Positions 35,008 to 43,974 of a stretch of DNA of 64,000 bases are shown piece after piece; within the stretch, counting starts at the first letter, position 1, and the number at the start of each line of letters is the position of its first letter. Source of the stretch: a bacterium (GTDB taxonomy: Bacteria > UBA8248); the NCBI GenBank assembly GCA_965204535.1, contig OZ241996.1:1088001-1152000 (forward strand), written 5' to 3'. The position numbers and the translations under genes were made by a program. Below the pieces are notes generated by a model that saw nothing but the letters and a program-made list of their open reading frames with translations, did not search any database and had not been told where the DNA came from.

Positions 35008-35828
35008 GTAAAATCGCATTCACCAAGTTCAGCGGAAGCGGCAACGACTTCATATTCATCGACAACAGGAACCTGGAGCACCGGGCCGACGAGATGATCG
35101 GTTTCGTCCAGCGGGTTTGCCGCAGGGGCCAGTCCGTCGGCGCGGACGGGCTGATGTTCATCGAGCCGAGCGAGCGGGCCGATTTCAAGTGGCGGTTCTT
35201 CAACGCCGACGGCTCTGAGGGCGAGATGTGCGGGAACGGCGGTCGCTGCGCCGCGCGTTTTGCGCGAGAGCTGGGCATCGCCGCGGATTCGGTGTCGTTC
35301 GAGACCATCGCGGGCGTCATCGACGCGACGATGAACGGCTCATCCGTGAAGCTCAGGATGACCCAGCCCTTCGATTACCGCGCGGGCATGGAACTCGATA
35401 TCAACGGAAGGGAAGTGGTGGTCGATCACATGAATACCGGCGTCCCCCATGCGGTGGAGTTCACCGACGACGTGGAGACCGTCGACATCGTGGGCGACGG
35501 CCGGGCGATCCGCACGCACGACGCCTTTGCGCCGGCGGGCGCGAACGCGAACTTCGCCCGCGTGATCGGAGAGAATTCGGTGATCCTGAGAACCTATGAG
35601 CGGGGCGTGGAGAACGAAACCCTCGCCTGCGGCACGGGCGCGGTGGCGACGGCGATACTCGCCGCAGCGCGCGGGTTCGTATCCTCTCCCGTGGACGTCA
35701 ACGTGCGCAGCGGCGAAATCCTCAAAATCTATTTCGAGGGTGTCGGCGCGGATGTGCGTGATGTCTACATGGAAGGGGAAACCAGGCTCGTCTACCAGGG
35801 AGAGATGACGGAAGAGGCTCTGCTCTGA
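35004..35828 (+). CDS. dapF: diaminopimelate epimerase
   Basis: GSGNDF, EMCGNG, ERGVENETLACGTG. Confidence 0.97.
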   Translation: MSKIAFTKFSGSGNDFIFIDNRNLEHRADEMIGFVQRVCRRGQSVGADGLMFIEPSERADFKWRFFNADGSEGEMCGNGGRCAARFARELGIAADSVSFETIAGVIDATMNGSSVKLRMTQPFDYRAGMELDINGREVVVDHMNTGVPHAVEFTDDVETVDIVGDGRAIRTHDAFAPAGANANFARVIGENSVILRTYERGVENETLACGTGAVATAILAAARGFVSSPVDVNVRSGEILKIYFEGVGADVRDVYMEGETRLVYQGEMTEEALL

Positions 35829-35829
35829 A

Positions 35830-36027
35830 GGGAGTGTTGGAAATGACTCCCTCTTAAGGAGTTTGTAAAAAGCCGGAGAGGGAAAATTTGATTGTGTGTA
35901 GGGGTCGCATACATGCGACCCTGATTTTTTCACCAACTACAAAGGCCGCATATATGCGGCCCCTACAAAAAACGCTCCCTCCTCCGTCGCGTCAAACCCC
36001 CATTCGTCAGACTTTTCCAACAGCCCC
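35830..36027. mobile_element. MITE-like element of about 198 bp enclosing a REP pair
   Basis: Inverted ends GGGAGTGTTGGAAA / TTTCCAACAGCCCC; internal GTAG REP pair 35898-35966; no clear TSD. Confidence 0.6.
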
Positions 36028-36232
36028 TTTGAATCGGAGGCTGCGTTATCCTTCTCCCCCGGATGGAACCGCGTTCGGGAAACCATCCCGCCGGGGCGCT
36101 CTCAGGAGAACGCACACCATCCCCGATGCGATGAGGATGGCGCTTGCAAGAGCGAAATCGAGCAAATCGTAACCGGCCTAAATCTCATACATCAAAATCC
36201 ACATGGCGGCTCCAAGCGATGGGCCCGCAAGT

Positions 36233-36262
36233 CCGGGGCATGGTTTTCACGCCATGCCCCGG
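36233..36262. terminator. stem-loop downstream of the Spy-like gene
   Basis: CCGGGGCATGG-N8-CCATGCCCCGG. Confidence 0.55.
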
Positions 36263-36276
36263 GGCGTCGGGATGTT

Positions 36277-36906
36277 CTAGTAAGTCTGGGGTTGGTTCCC
36301 GGAAGCCGGGCCCTTGAACATCTGTTCATGGAATTTGGGGCCCCGGCCGTGACGATTCCGCGACCGGGCGATTTTCGAGAGCTGCTTCTGCTGGTCGTCG
36401 TTCAGGACGGATTTCCCCTCCTGAATCGCCTTGAGGCGCGCAATCCGCAAATCCACCCGCATTTTCGATATCTCGCGGATTTTCTTCTCCACGTCGGCGA
36501 GGTCGAGTTTCTCCGCATCGAGCGCGCGCCTGAGGTCGATTCTGAGGGCCTTCATATCGGCGCGTTCTTTCACCGCCTTCTTGGAAAACGCGTCCCGGAT
36601 GTCCTTGAGGCGTTTCATCTGATCGTCGGTGAGCTTGAGCTCTTCGTGGTTCCTCAGCGCGATGGAAACCAGCGGACGCGCCGAGAAGGGCCTCGGTCCG
36701 CGCATTCCGCGGCGTCCCCGGTGGCCGGGCCAGCCGAGATGCGCTTCTTTCATCATCTTCTCAAGGATTTGCGGCATTTCGATGACTTGCGGTATCGAAT
36801 GCGGGCCGTGCGGGCCCCCCTGGGCCTGGGCCGCGCCGACGAGGCCCAGGCTCAGTGCTGCGGCCAGGACGGCTGTCGAGAGGGTAAGGCGTTTTTGACG
36901 TTTCAT
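36277..36906 (-). CDS. Spy/CpxP/ZraP-family periplasmic protein
   Basis: Signal peptide AQA; LTDDQ and LNDDQ LTxxQ motifs. Confidence 0.8.
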   Translation of the reverse strand: MKRQKRLTLSTAVLAAALSLGLVGAAQAQGGPHGPHSIPQVIEMPQILEKMMKEAHLGWPGHRGRRGMRGPRPFSARPLVSIALRNHEELKLTDDQMKRLKDIRDAFSKKAVKERADMKALRIDLRRALDAEKLDLADVEKKIREISKMRVDLRIARLKAIQEGKSVLNDDQQKQLSKIARSRNRHGRGPKFHEQMFKGPASGNQPQTY

Positions 36907-36966
36907 AATCAAATTCCTCCGGTAAGGCGTTTCGTCTTATTTTGGCGGCGCTGCTTCTACTGCGTC

Positions 36967-37527
36967 TTACTGTTTCTTCGACTGACCGGCCGGGTCGCCT
37001 AGGCGGTGCTTTCTGTACTTCCTCCATCTCCTTTTGCGTCTTTCCTCGAATTTTTTCACCATGTCGTCGAAAGACGTTTTTTGCTCATCGTCCAGGAAAG
37101 AACGCACGTCTCTGCGAATTTCCTGCATGATGGAGCTGATCTGCGGTCTCATGCTGCGTCTGATGTCGCGTATCCGCGCATAGTGGCGCTCGAGCGCGCG
37201 ATCCACGTTTTCACGCTGCGCGGGGTTCAGGTTCAGGTCCCGCTCCAGCCGGCGCATGAAGCGTTTCTCGCCTCTGGAGCGGCGTCTTGCATTTCTGTTG
37301 CGTTCGGCGCGGACACCACGGGCCTTGGATATCGCCGGCACGGATTCTGCGGCCCGGAAGCCGGACTCGCGGCTGCGTGACTCGAAGGCGCGGGACATGA
37401 ATTCCTTGTGGAACTTGTATTCCGCGTACTTGTGCCCGCCGACGTAGCCGGTGCCCGCTCCTGCTGCGAACACCACCAGCAGCACGGCTGAGGCCTTCAT
37501 GAATTCTTTTGTGAACCAGGTTTTCAT
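36967..37527 (-). CDS. membrane-anchored LTxxQ (Spy/periplasmic sensor-like) protein
   Basis: N-terminal TM VVFAAGAGTG; LNLNPAQ and LDDEQ motifs. Confidence 0.65.
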   Translation of the reverse strand: MKTWFTKEFMKASAVLLVVFAAGAGTGYVGGHKYAEYKFHKEFMSRAFESRSRESGFRAAESVPAISKARGVRAERNRNARRRSRGEKRFMRRLERDLNLNPAQRENVDRALERHYARIRDIRRSMRPQISSIMQEIRRDVRSFLDDEQKTSFDDMVKKFEERRKRRWRKYRKHRLGDPAGQSKKQ

Positions 37528-37546
37528 CGTCTCCGTCTCAAAATGC

Positions 37547-38005
37547 CTAACGCTCAGGCCCGGCGTGAACGGCGTATTGAAGCAGTTCCATGCCTGTTTG
37601 CGCTTCGAGTGCGTTGCTGATCAACATAGTGGGGTTCAGGGGATTTCTGTCGTAACTGACCACCAGATTCGGCTGTGGTCTCGAAACACTCATTTGCCTC
37701 TCGACGCCCCGGCTCCAGAAAAGGCTCGCAACGAGGAGCAGGACGCCCAGGGCCGCTACGGCGAACCTCGGCCCCGTCGCGGCCAGCGCCGCGGTGAAGG
37801 AGAAGGCACCGTTAGATTGCGCTTCATGGGCGGCGAGCTGGGGGCGCAGCTTCTCCCAGAGTTTCTCGTCCGGCTCCGGCGCATCCTCGTGTGCGGCCTC
37901 GAAGAGGGCCTTGAGTTCCTCGACCGTCTCGTCTTCGGGCCTGTGAGCGTCCCAGTCCTGAGCGCTTCGATCTCGGTTAAAAATGTTTTCCCACCAGCGC
38001 ATCAC
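37547..38005 (-). CDS. putative anti-sigma factor
   Basis: Single TM; start overlaps the ECF sigma stop. Confidence 0.6.
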   Translation of the reverse strand: MMRWWENIFNRDRSAQDWDAHRPEDETVEELKALFEAAHEDAPEPDEKLWEKLRPQLAAHEAQSNGAFSFTAALAATGPRFAVAALGVLLLVASLFWSRGVERQMSVSRPQPNLVVSYDRNPLNPTMLISNALEAQTGMELLQYAVHAGPER

Positions 38006-38625
38006 TTCGTCCCCTTTGTGCTCCGGGCCACGCGCTTGAGACCTGCGCGCGCGCGGTTGAGCCTGGAGCGCACCGTACCGGGCCGGATCTGGAGCACTTC
38101 GGCGATCTCATCGTAACTCATTTCTTCGAGTTCGCGCATCACCAGAATCCGGCGATGTTTCTCCGGCAGTTGCGCCAGAAGCTTTTGCAACTCCTCGCTC
38201 GCGCGCCTCTCCTGCATCTCACGCAACGCGTCCTGGGCATCCATGTCTTCGGGCGCGGGTTCGGCGGCGATTTGCTCTTCTTCGATCTCCAGCGGCGGCG
38301 GCCCGCCGCGCTTCAGGTAATCGCGGCAGTGATTGACCGCAATGCGGTAGACCCAGGTGGAAAACCTGGCGTCTCCCCGGAATTTCGGCAGGGCGAGATA
38401 CGCCTTCAGGAATATCTCCTGAACGACGTCGTCGGTGTCTTCCCTGCGTTCTCCGAGCATCCCCCACACGAGGCGCTGGATTTTTCCGGCGTTTTGGCGA
38501 ACGAGGGGCTCGAAAGCGTCCTTGTCGCCGTTCTGGCAGCGTTTGATCCAAGACGACTCATCGAGTTCTTCGCGGGGGGCTTCCAAAAGTCCCAATCCCC
38601 AAGCCGGTATCGCCAGAGTGAACAT
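38002..38625 (-). CDS. ECF RNA polymerase sigma factor
   Basis: GDKDAF, DVVQEIFLKAY, FSTWVYRIAVN, GTVRSRLNRAR. Confidence 0.93.
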   Translation of the reverse strand: MFTLAIPAWGLGLLEAPREELDESSWIKRCQNGDKDAFEPLVRQNAGKIQRLVWGMLGERREDTDDVVQEIFLKAYLALPKFRGDARFSTWVYRIAVNHCRDYLKRGGPPPLEIEEEQIAAEPAPEDMDAQDALREMQERRASEELQKLLAQLPEKHRRILVMRELEEMSYDEIAEVLQIRPGTVRSRLNRARAGLKRVARSTKGTK

Positions 38626-38796
38626 CCTCGTCGCCTTATCGTATCAAATATGCTGTCAGAATGCGGGCGTTTTTCATATTTCTTCTCCCTACACCCCTTA
38701 TGACGCCCCCAGGTTCCCACTTTCGGGTGGAACGCATATAATATACTTTACAATCAATGACTTGCTGATATTTCCAAATCAGGGAAGGGGAATCCC

Positions 38797-39594
38797 GTGT
38801 CGATACGAATCGTCGTGGCCGGAGCCGGCGGCAGGATGGGGGGCCGCATCATCCACCAGATCGCCTCATCGGACGATCTCACCCTCTCGGGCGCGCTCGA
38901 GCGCGAAGGGTTTGAAGAGTTAGGCAAAGATGCGGGCGCACACGCCGGCTGCGGGGATATGGGCGTCGCCCTCACCAGTGATTCATCCGCTTTGAGCGGC
39001 GACGTGCTGGTCTCCTTCGCGATCCCAGAAGCGAGCGTCGCCCACGTGCGCCTGGCGGCCGGGAAGGGGATGGCCGCCGTTGTCGGCACCACCGGCTTCT
39101 CAGACTCCCAGCGCGAGGAGATCGCAGGACTGGGCGACAGAATCGCCTGCGTTTTGGCGCCGAACATGAGCGTGGGGGTGAACGTCTCCTTCCGCCTGAT
39201 AGAAGAAGCGGCAAGGCTCCTCGGCGACGCCTACGACATCGAGGTCATCGAAACGCACCACAACCAGAAAATAGACGCCCCCTCGGGAACGGCGGTGCGC
39301 ATGGGCGAAATCCTGGCCCGTGTGACGAGCAAGCAATATCCCGAAGACGCGGTGTTTCACCGGGAAGGCCAGACCGGCGTGCGCCCCGAGGGCGTCATCG
39401 GCATGCAGACCCTGCGCGGCGGCGACGTGCCGGGCGAGCACACCGTCTATTTCTTCGGCATGGGCGAGCGGGTGGAGATCACCCACCGGGCCGGCAGCCG
39501 GGATAATTTCGCGGCGGGCGCCGTTCGCGCAGTCCGCTGGGTGGCAGATAAATCCCCCGGCATCTACGGCATGGCGGACGTGCTGGGGCTTTAA
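38797..39594 (+). CDS. dapB: 4-hydroxy-tetrahydrodipicolinate reductase
   Basis: GAGGRMG, GTTG, ETHHNQKIDAPSGTA. Confidence 0.97.
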   Translation: MSIRIVVAGAGGRMGGRIIHQIASSDDLTLSGALEREGFEELGKDAGAHAGCGDMGVALTSDSSALSGDVLVSFAIPEASVAHVRLAAGKGMAAVVGTTGFSDSQREEIAGLGDRIACVLAPNMSVGVNVSFRLIEEAARLLGDAYDIEVIETHHNQKIDAPSGTAVRMGEILARVTSKQYPEDAVFHREGQTGVRPEGVIGMQTLRGGDVPGEHTVYFFGMGERVEITHRAGSRDNFAAGAVRAVRWVADKSPGIYGMADVLGL

Positions 39595-39637
39595 TACTTT
39601 TAGTCCGTGTGTTCACGGCATCGTGAGGAGATAACGG

Positions 39638-40159
39638 ATGGCTGGGGAAATCGAAGCGGCGGGCGTCGAATACATAAAGGTGGCGGACGGGAGGACGCTG
39701 GCGCAGGTCATCAGAAACAATTTTGACGATTACGCCGCATTCCCGCCCTATCTCGATTCAGAAGAAGAGCGCGCCCATCTGGCGGAGGCCTATTCCGGCG
39801 CCGACCCGGAAACCGAGCGGAGAACGAAGGCGCACATGACGCCGGATGAGAACCCGCTCCAGATCGTCATGCTGAACAGAAACCCCGGCGCCGTCGTGAA
39901 GCCGCATTATCATGAGGTGACGGAGCGCCCCGTGAACACGACGCGCCACCAGATCATGATCTGCCGCTCGGGCCGGATGCGGATCGGCGTCTACGCCAAA
40001 GAGGGCGACCATGCCGCCGACGTGGACTTGGCGCCCGGCGATCTGATCCTCATGTACGAGGGCCACCGCATCGAGTTCCTGGAAGCGGGTACGAAGGCCA
40101 TCGAGATCAAGGAGGGGCCCTTCCCGGAGACAGACGAAGCGGACAAGGTGGATTTTTGA
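39638..40159 (+). CDS. cupin-fold protein of unknown function
   Basis: PHYH...Q...SG and LAPGD...EGH...EIKEGPF cupin motifs. Confidence 0.65.
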   Translation: MAGEIEAAGVEYIKVADGRTLAQVIRNNFDDYAAFPPYLDSEEERAHLAEAYSGADPETERRTKAHMTPDENPLQIVMLNRNPGAVVKPHYHEVTERPVNTTRHQIMICRSGRMRIGVYAKEGDHAADVDLAPGDLILMYEGHRIEFLEAGTKAIEIKEGPFPETDEADKVDF

Positions 40160-40192
40160 TTTTTTGAAGTGGTGAGGCCTGGCCCCAAGTCA

Positions 40193-40708
40193 GGGGATGT
40201 TGAAAACCCTTTGCCGTTAGGGCGGGAATTCACCGTAGGGGCGGACCGGTGTGTCCGCCCGTTTTTCGTTTCGGCGGGGCAGGGCGGCCACGGGGGGCCG
40301 CCCCTACGGGAACCTGCAAATCCAGATGGAGGCTGCTGTAGGGACAGGCCCCCGTGCCTGTCCGGGGTTCTCGTTCTGCAAAGGACAACCACAGGGGGTT
40401 GTCCCTACAGGTTGTAATTGACCACGGCCGTCATTCCGGCGAAAGCCGGAATCCATTTTTCGCCTTTTGTCTTTCGTCAGGGTTTTCCCGCGCATTGTCG
40501 GGGAAGGAAAAGCCGCCGTTCATTCATCCGCGTCCGCAAATGGATTCTGGCTTTCGCCGGAATGACGTGCAAAGGCGATACCCCCGGATTCCGGCATTTC
40601 CTCCCGTTTTGGTCGAAATGGATTTGTAGGGGCCGCATACATGCGGCCCATGGTTGGAAGGTGAAAAGGCAGGGTCGCATACATGTCGGACATATATGTC
40701 CGACCTAC
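40193..40708. repeat. REP/REPIN cluster with four inverted pairs plus a solo TIR
   Basis: Pairs at 40235-40307, 40338-40408, 40429-40567 (CGTC type) and 40626-40708; GGGGATGTTGAAAA at 40193. Confidence 0.88.
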
Positions 40709-40732
40709 AGCGCCGTGAGACTTATCCCCGCC

Positions 40733-41701
40733 CTACGCGCCGGATTCTGCGACCCCGACCTGTTTGGCGAGCGTTTTCGCCGCCTCCTGGTAGGATTTCT
40801 GCAGTTCGGGGCTCGGCGCGACCGGGTTGTGGTAGCGGCCCAGGAAGCGGTTCTCTTTGCTCCATATCTCTCGGACCTGGAGAATGGAATCGACGGTTCC
40901 GTCGCTCTTGTCGTCCACGAACATGTAGTAGTAGCGGCTGTACTGGTTCGTGACGTTTCCGAAGAATTTCTCGTCCTTGTGGTAGATTTTCTGGAACGGC
41001 CCGGTCGGGGCCTGGAGCCTTAAGGTCCTTCCGCCGAATATCGAATCCGACACCTCGAGCGTATATTTCTTGCCGCCGATCGTCTGGTTGACCGAATAGA
41101 CGCTGCCCGAGAGCGTCGGTTTCCTGTCTCCCAGCGCGAATGCGCTCAGTTTCCCGTAGAGGCTGGTGTTCACGGATTTCGAAAAGTTGTTCGAGATGCC
41201 GTAGACCACGAGCAGTATCACCGCCGCGGCGAGGAAAACGAGGGTAGGGGAGCGTCTCGCCGGTTTTCTGTCTTCTTCCATGCCCCGGTTGGTGGCCACG
41301 TCCTCTCTCATCTCGGAGAGGTCCTTGTACATCTCCTCCGGCGTGAGCTCCAGAGGCTCGGGCAGCGGCTCTGGTTCGGGCGCCGCCTTCTTGGCCGGAG
41401 CGGCCGCCGCCGCGCCACCGCCTGCCGCTGCTGCTGCCGGGGCCGCCGCCCCGCCGCCCGCGAAGAAATCCGCGTTTATCTGGGTGTATTTGCTCCACTG
41501 GGAGGGCAGGTCGCTTTCTTCGAAAATGGCGTCCACCGGGCAGGCCGGCACGCACGCCGCGCAGTCGATGCACTCGACGGGGTCGATGTAGAGCATCGGG
41601 CTCGATCCGTCCGCCGCCTCATGGATGCAGTCGACCGGGCATACGTCGACGCATGCGGTGTCCTTGGTGTCGATGCATGGTTCCGCGATGACGTGGGTCA
41701 T
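40733..41701 (-). CDS. 7Fe (FdxA-like) ferredoxin fused by an Ala/Pro linker to a TM helix and an unknown C-terminal domain
   Basis: C-x7-C-x3-CP plus CxxCxxCxxxCP; low-complexity linker; TM LVFLAAAVILLVVYGI. Confidence 0.8.
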   Translation of the reverse strand: MTHVIAEPCIDTKDTACVDVCPVDCIHEAADGSSPMLYIDPVECIDCAACVPACPVDAIFEESDLPSQWSKYTQINADFFAGGGAAAPAAAAAGGGAAAAAPAKKAAPEPEPLPEPLELTPEEMYKDLSEMREDVATNRGMEEDRKPARRSPTLVFLAAAVILLVVYGISNNFSKSVNTSLYGKLSAFALGDRKPTLSGSVYSVNQTIGGKKYTLEVSDSIFGGRTLRLQAPTGPFQKIYHKDEKFFGNVTNQYSRYYYMFVDDKSDGTVDSILQVREIWSKENRFLGRYHNPVAPSPELQKSYQEAAKTLAKQVGVAESGA

Positions 41702-41892
41702 CGGAATGCGCTCCTCAAGCTAGAGTCCGGGCAAATGATTGCGCACCTTGACGGCGCGATTTTGAACGCAGGGATGTTAGCACTTTTTTTCGAGGAAACA
41801 CAATCCGCGGCAGGGATAAGATGAGGTTTTTGGGGAGGGGCGAAATATGGCGGGGAGGCGAAGATCACGCCCGTCCGTGGCTTGTTTTCCGC

Positions 41893-42004
41893 CGTCATTC
41901 CGGTGTCGGAGCTGACCAAAGAGGGGACTGTAGGGACAGGTCGCGACCTGTCCCTACGAGATGGTGCGGTTTTGTTCGTCATTCCGGCCTTCGCAGGAGT
42001 GACG
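41893..42004. repeat. REP cluster (CGTC arms around a 28-bp GTAG palindrome)
   Basis: GTAGGGACAGGTCGCGACCTGTCCCTAC at 41930-41957; CGTCATTCCGG copies on both sides. Confidence 0.8.
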
Positions 42005-42273
42005 GCCACAGACCTCACCGAGCTTTTCACAACCTCATTTCAGCAGGAATGTATCACCTTTCTCGATTCAGCCCATAGACCGGATTCAGCCGTATCCCCC
42101 ACCCACCCCCAATCCTTGCCGTTCCATCCCTTCCGTGCTAGGTTTCCGGCTCATGGAATGTGAATAACCGCGCAGCTTGCGATAAACTGCATCAGGGAAG
42201 CCATGCAACTGACTGAAACATAACTGCTAACGGATATTTTAATTGCTATCCCACATCACTCTTGAGGAATTTC

Positions 42274-43449
42274 ATGGCGTCAATCAATATCGAACGCGCG
42301 CACAGGCTCAAGCGCTTGCCTCCCTATCTCTTCGCCGAAATCGACCGGATGAAGGCAGAAGTCGCCGATTCGGGCATGGACATCATCAGTCTCGGCATCG
42401 GCGACCCGGATCTGCCGACCCCGACCCACATCATCGAAGAACTGGACGTGGCCTCGCGAAAGCTCACGAACCACCAGTATCCCTCCTATGAGGGCATGCC
42501 GTCCTACCGCAAGGCCGTGGCCGACTGGTACGGGTCGCGGTTCGGGGTCGCTCTCGACCCGGCTTCCGAGGTCATCTCCTTAATCGGCTCGAAAGAGGGC
42601 ATTGCGCATATTCCGCTTGCGTTCGTGGACCCGGGCGACCACGTGATCGTGCCGGATCCGGCCTATCCGGTCTATGAGATCGGCACCTATTTCGCGGACG
42701 GGCAGGTGCACTTCATGCCCCTCCTCAAGGAAAACGATTTTTTGCCCGATCTGGGCGCGATTCCCACGGACGTGGCGAAGAACACCAAGCTCATGTTTAT
42801 CAACTACCCGAACAACCCCACCGCGGCCTGCGCGGAAGTGGATTTCTACAACGCGCTCGTCGAGTTCGCCCGGGCGTATGACATCATCGTCTGCAGCGAC
42901 AACGCCTACTCCGAGATGGCTTTTGACGGTTACGAGCCCATCAGCTTCCTGAGCGCGGAGGGTGCGAAGGACGTGGGCGTCGAGTTCCATTCGTGCTCGA
43001 AGACCTACAACATGACCGGCTGGCGCATCGCCAGCGCCGTGGGGAACGCGGAGGTACTGGCGGGTCTCGGTGCCATCAAGACGAACGTGGACTCGGGCGT
43101 GTTCGGTGCGGTGCAGGAAGCGGGCATCAAGGCGATGAGCGCGGACCAGTCCTGCGTGGCCGAAATGCGCAAGATGTACCAAGGCAGGCGGGACGTCGTG
43201 ATGGAGGGTCTCAAGAAACTGGGCCTTCAGGCGAATACGCCCAAGGCCACGTTCTATGTCTGGGTACGGTGCCCCGAGGGCTTTACGTCGGCCGAGTTCA
43301 CGGCGCACGTTTTGAGAAACTGCGGCGTCGTCACCACGCCGGGGAACGGTTTCGGCCCCTCGGGCGAGGGGTATATTCGTTTCGCCCTGACGGTTCCGGA
43401 AGCCAGGCTCAAAGAAGCGCTCGAGAGAATCGAGAAGGCGGGCTTTTGA
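42274..43449 (+). CDS. dapL: LL-diaminopimelate aminotransferase
   Basis: [39 protein letters not shown]; lysine-pathway context. Confidence 0.88.
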   Translation: MASINIERAHRLKRLPPYLFAEIDRMKAEVADSGMDIISLGIGDPDLPTPTHIIEELDVASRKLTNHQYPSYEGMPSYRKAVADWYGSRFGVALDPASEVISLIGSKEGIAHIPLAFVDPGDHVIVPDPAYPVYEIGTYFADGQVHFMPLLKENDFLPDLGAIPTDVAKNTKLMFINYPNNPTAACAEVDFYNALVEFARAYDIIVCSDNAYSEMAFDGYEPISFLSAEGAKDVGVEFHSCSKTYNMTGWRIASAVGNAEVLAGLGAIKTNVDSGVFGAVQEAGIKAMSADQSCVAEMRKMYQGRRDVVMEGLKKLGLQANTPKATFYVWVRCPEGFTSAEFTAHVLRNCGVVTTPGNGFGPSGEGYIRFALTVPEARLKEALERIEKAGF

Positions 43450-43955
43450 GCAATAAAGCGCGCGCTTTCATCGGCGCGGGCGCGAACCTGGGTGAGCCGG
43501 CTCGCCAGATTCGGCAGGCGCAAGATGCGTTGCGAAAAAGCCCGGGTATAAAATTTCTCGGCGCCTCGTCCCTCTACCGCACGCAGCCGGTGAGTCCCGT
43601 CGAGCAGCCTCCCTTCATCAATGCCGTTTTTTCGCTCGAACCCGAAATCGGCCCCAGGGAATTGCTCGCTCTCCTTCTGGAAATCGAGCAAAACATGGGC
43701 CGCGGCAGGATTGAGCGGTGGGGACCCCGGGTGATCGACCTGGACCTGCTCTTCTTCGGTGAGGAAATCATCAAGGAGCAGGGGCTGGAAGTCCCCCATC
43801 CCAGGCTGCACGAGAGGCGCTTCGTCCTCGCTCCCTTGGCCGAAATCGCACCCGGCTTCGTTCACCCCGTCATCAAAAAATCCGTTTCCGAACTGCTGGC
43901 CGGTCTCTCAGCGGGAGATTTCTGGGTCGAGAAGTTTCAAGCGGAGTCTCCCTGA
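43446..43955 (+). CDS. folK: 2-amino-4-hydroxy-6-hydroxymethyldihydropteridine pyrophosphokinase
   Basis: [31 protein letters not shown]; TTG start overlaps the dapL stop. Confidence 0.95.
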   Translation: MSNKARAFIGAGANLGEPARQIRQAQDALRKSPGIKFLGASSLYRTQPVSPVEQPPFINAVFSLEPEIGPRELLALLLEIEQNMGRGRIERWGPRVIDLDLLFFGEEIIKEQGLEVPHPRLHERRFVLAPLAEIAPGFVHPVIKKSVSELLAGLSAGDFWVEKFQAESP

Positions 43956-43974
43956 AGCCTGAGCCGTCCTGCCG

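Noticed and set aside
36050-36150. two GC-rich hairpins as a possible ncRNA
   Set aside because: No recognizable family or promoter; may be repeat debris or terminator structure.
40235-40708. CRISPR array
   Set aside because: Units are inverted pairs of differing sequence, not identical direct repeats with unique spacers; no cas genes.
41777-41784. CIRCE half-site TTAGCACT upstream of the ferredoxin fusion
   Set aside because: The second arm is absent; better explained as an extended -10 (TGCTAACAT) on the minus strand.
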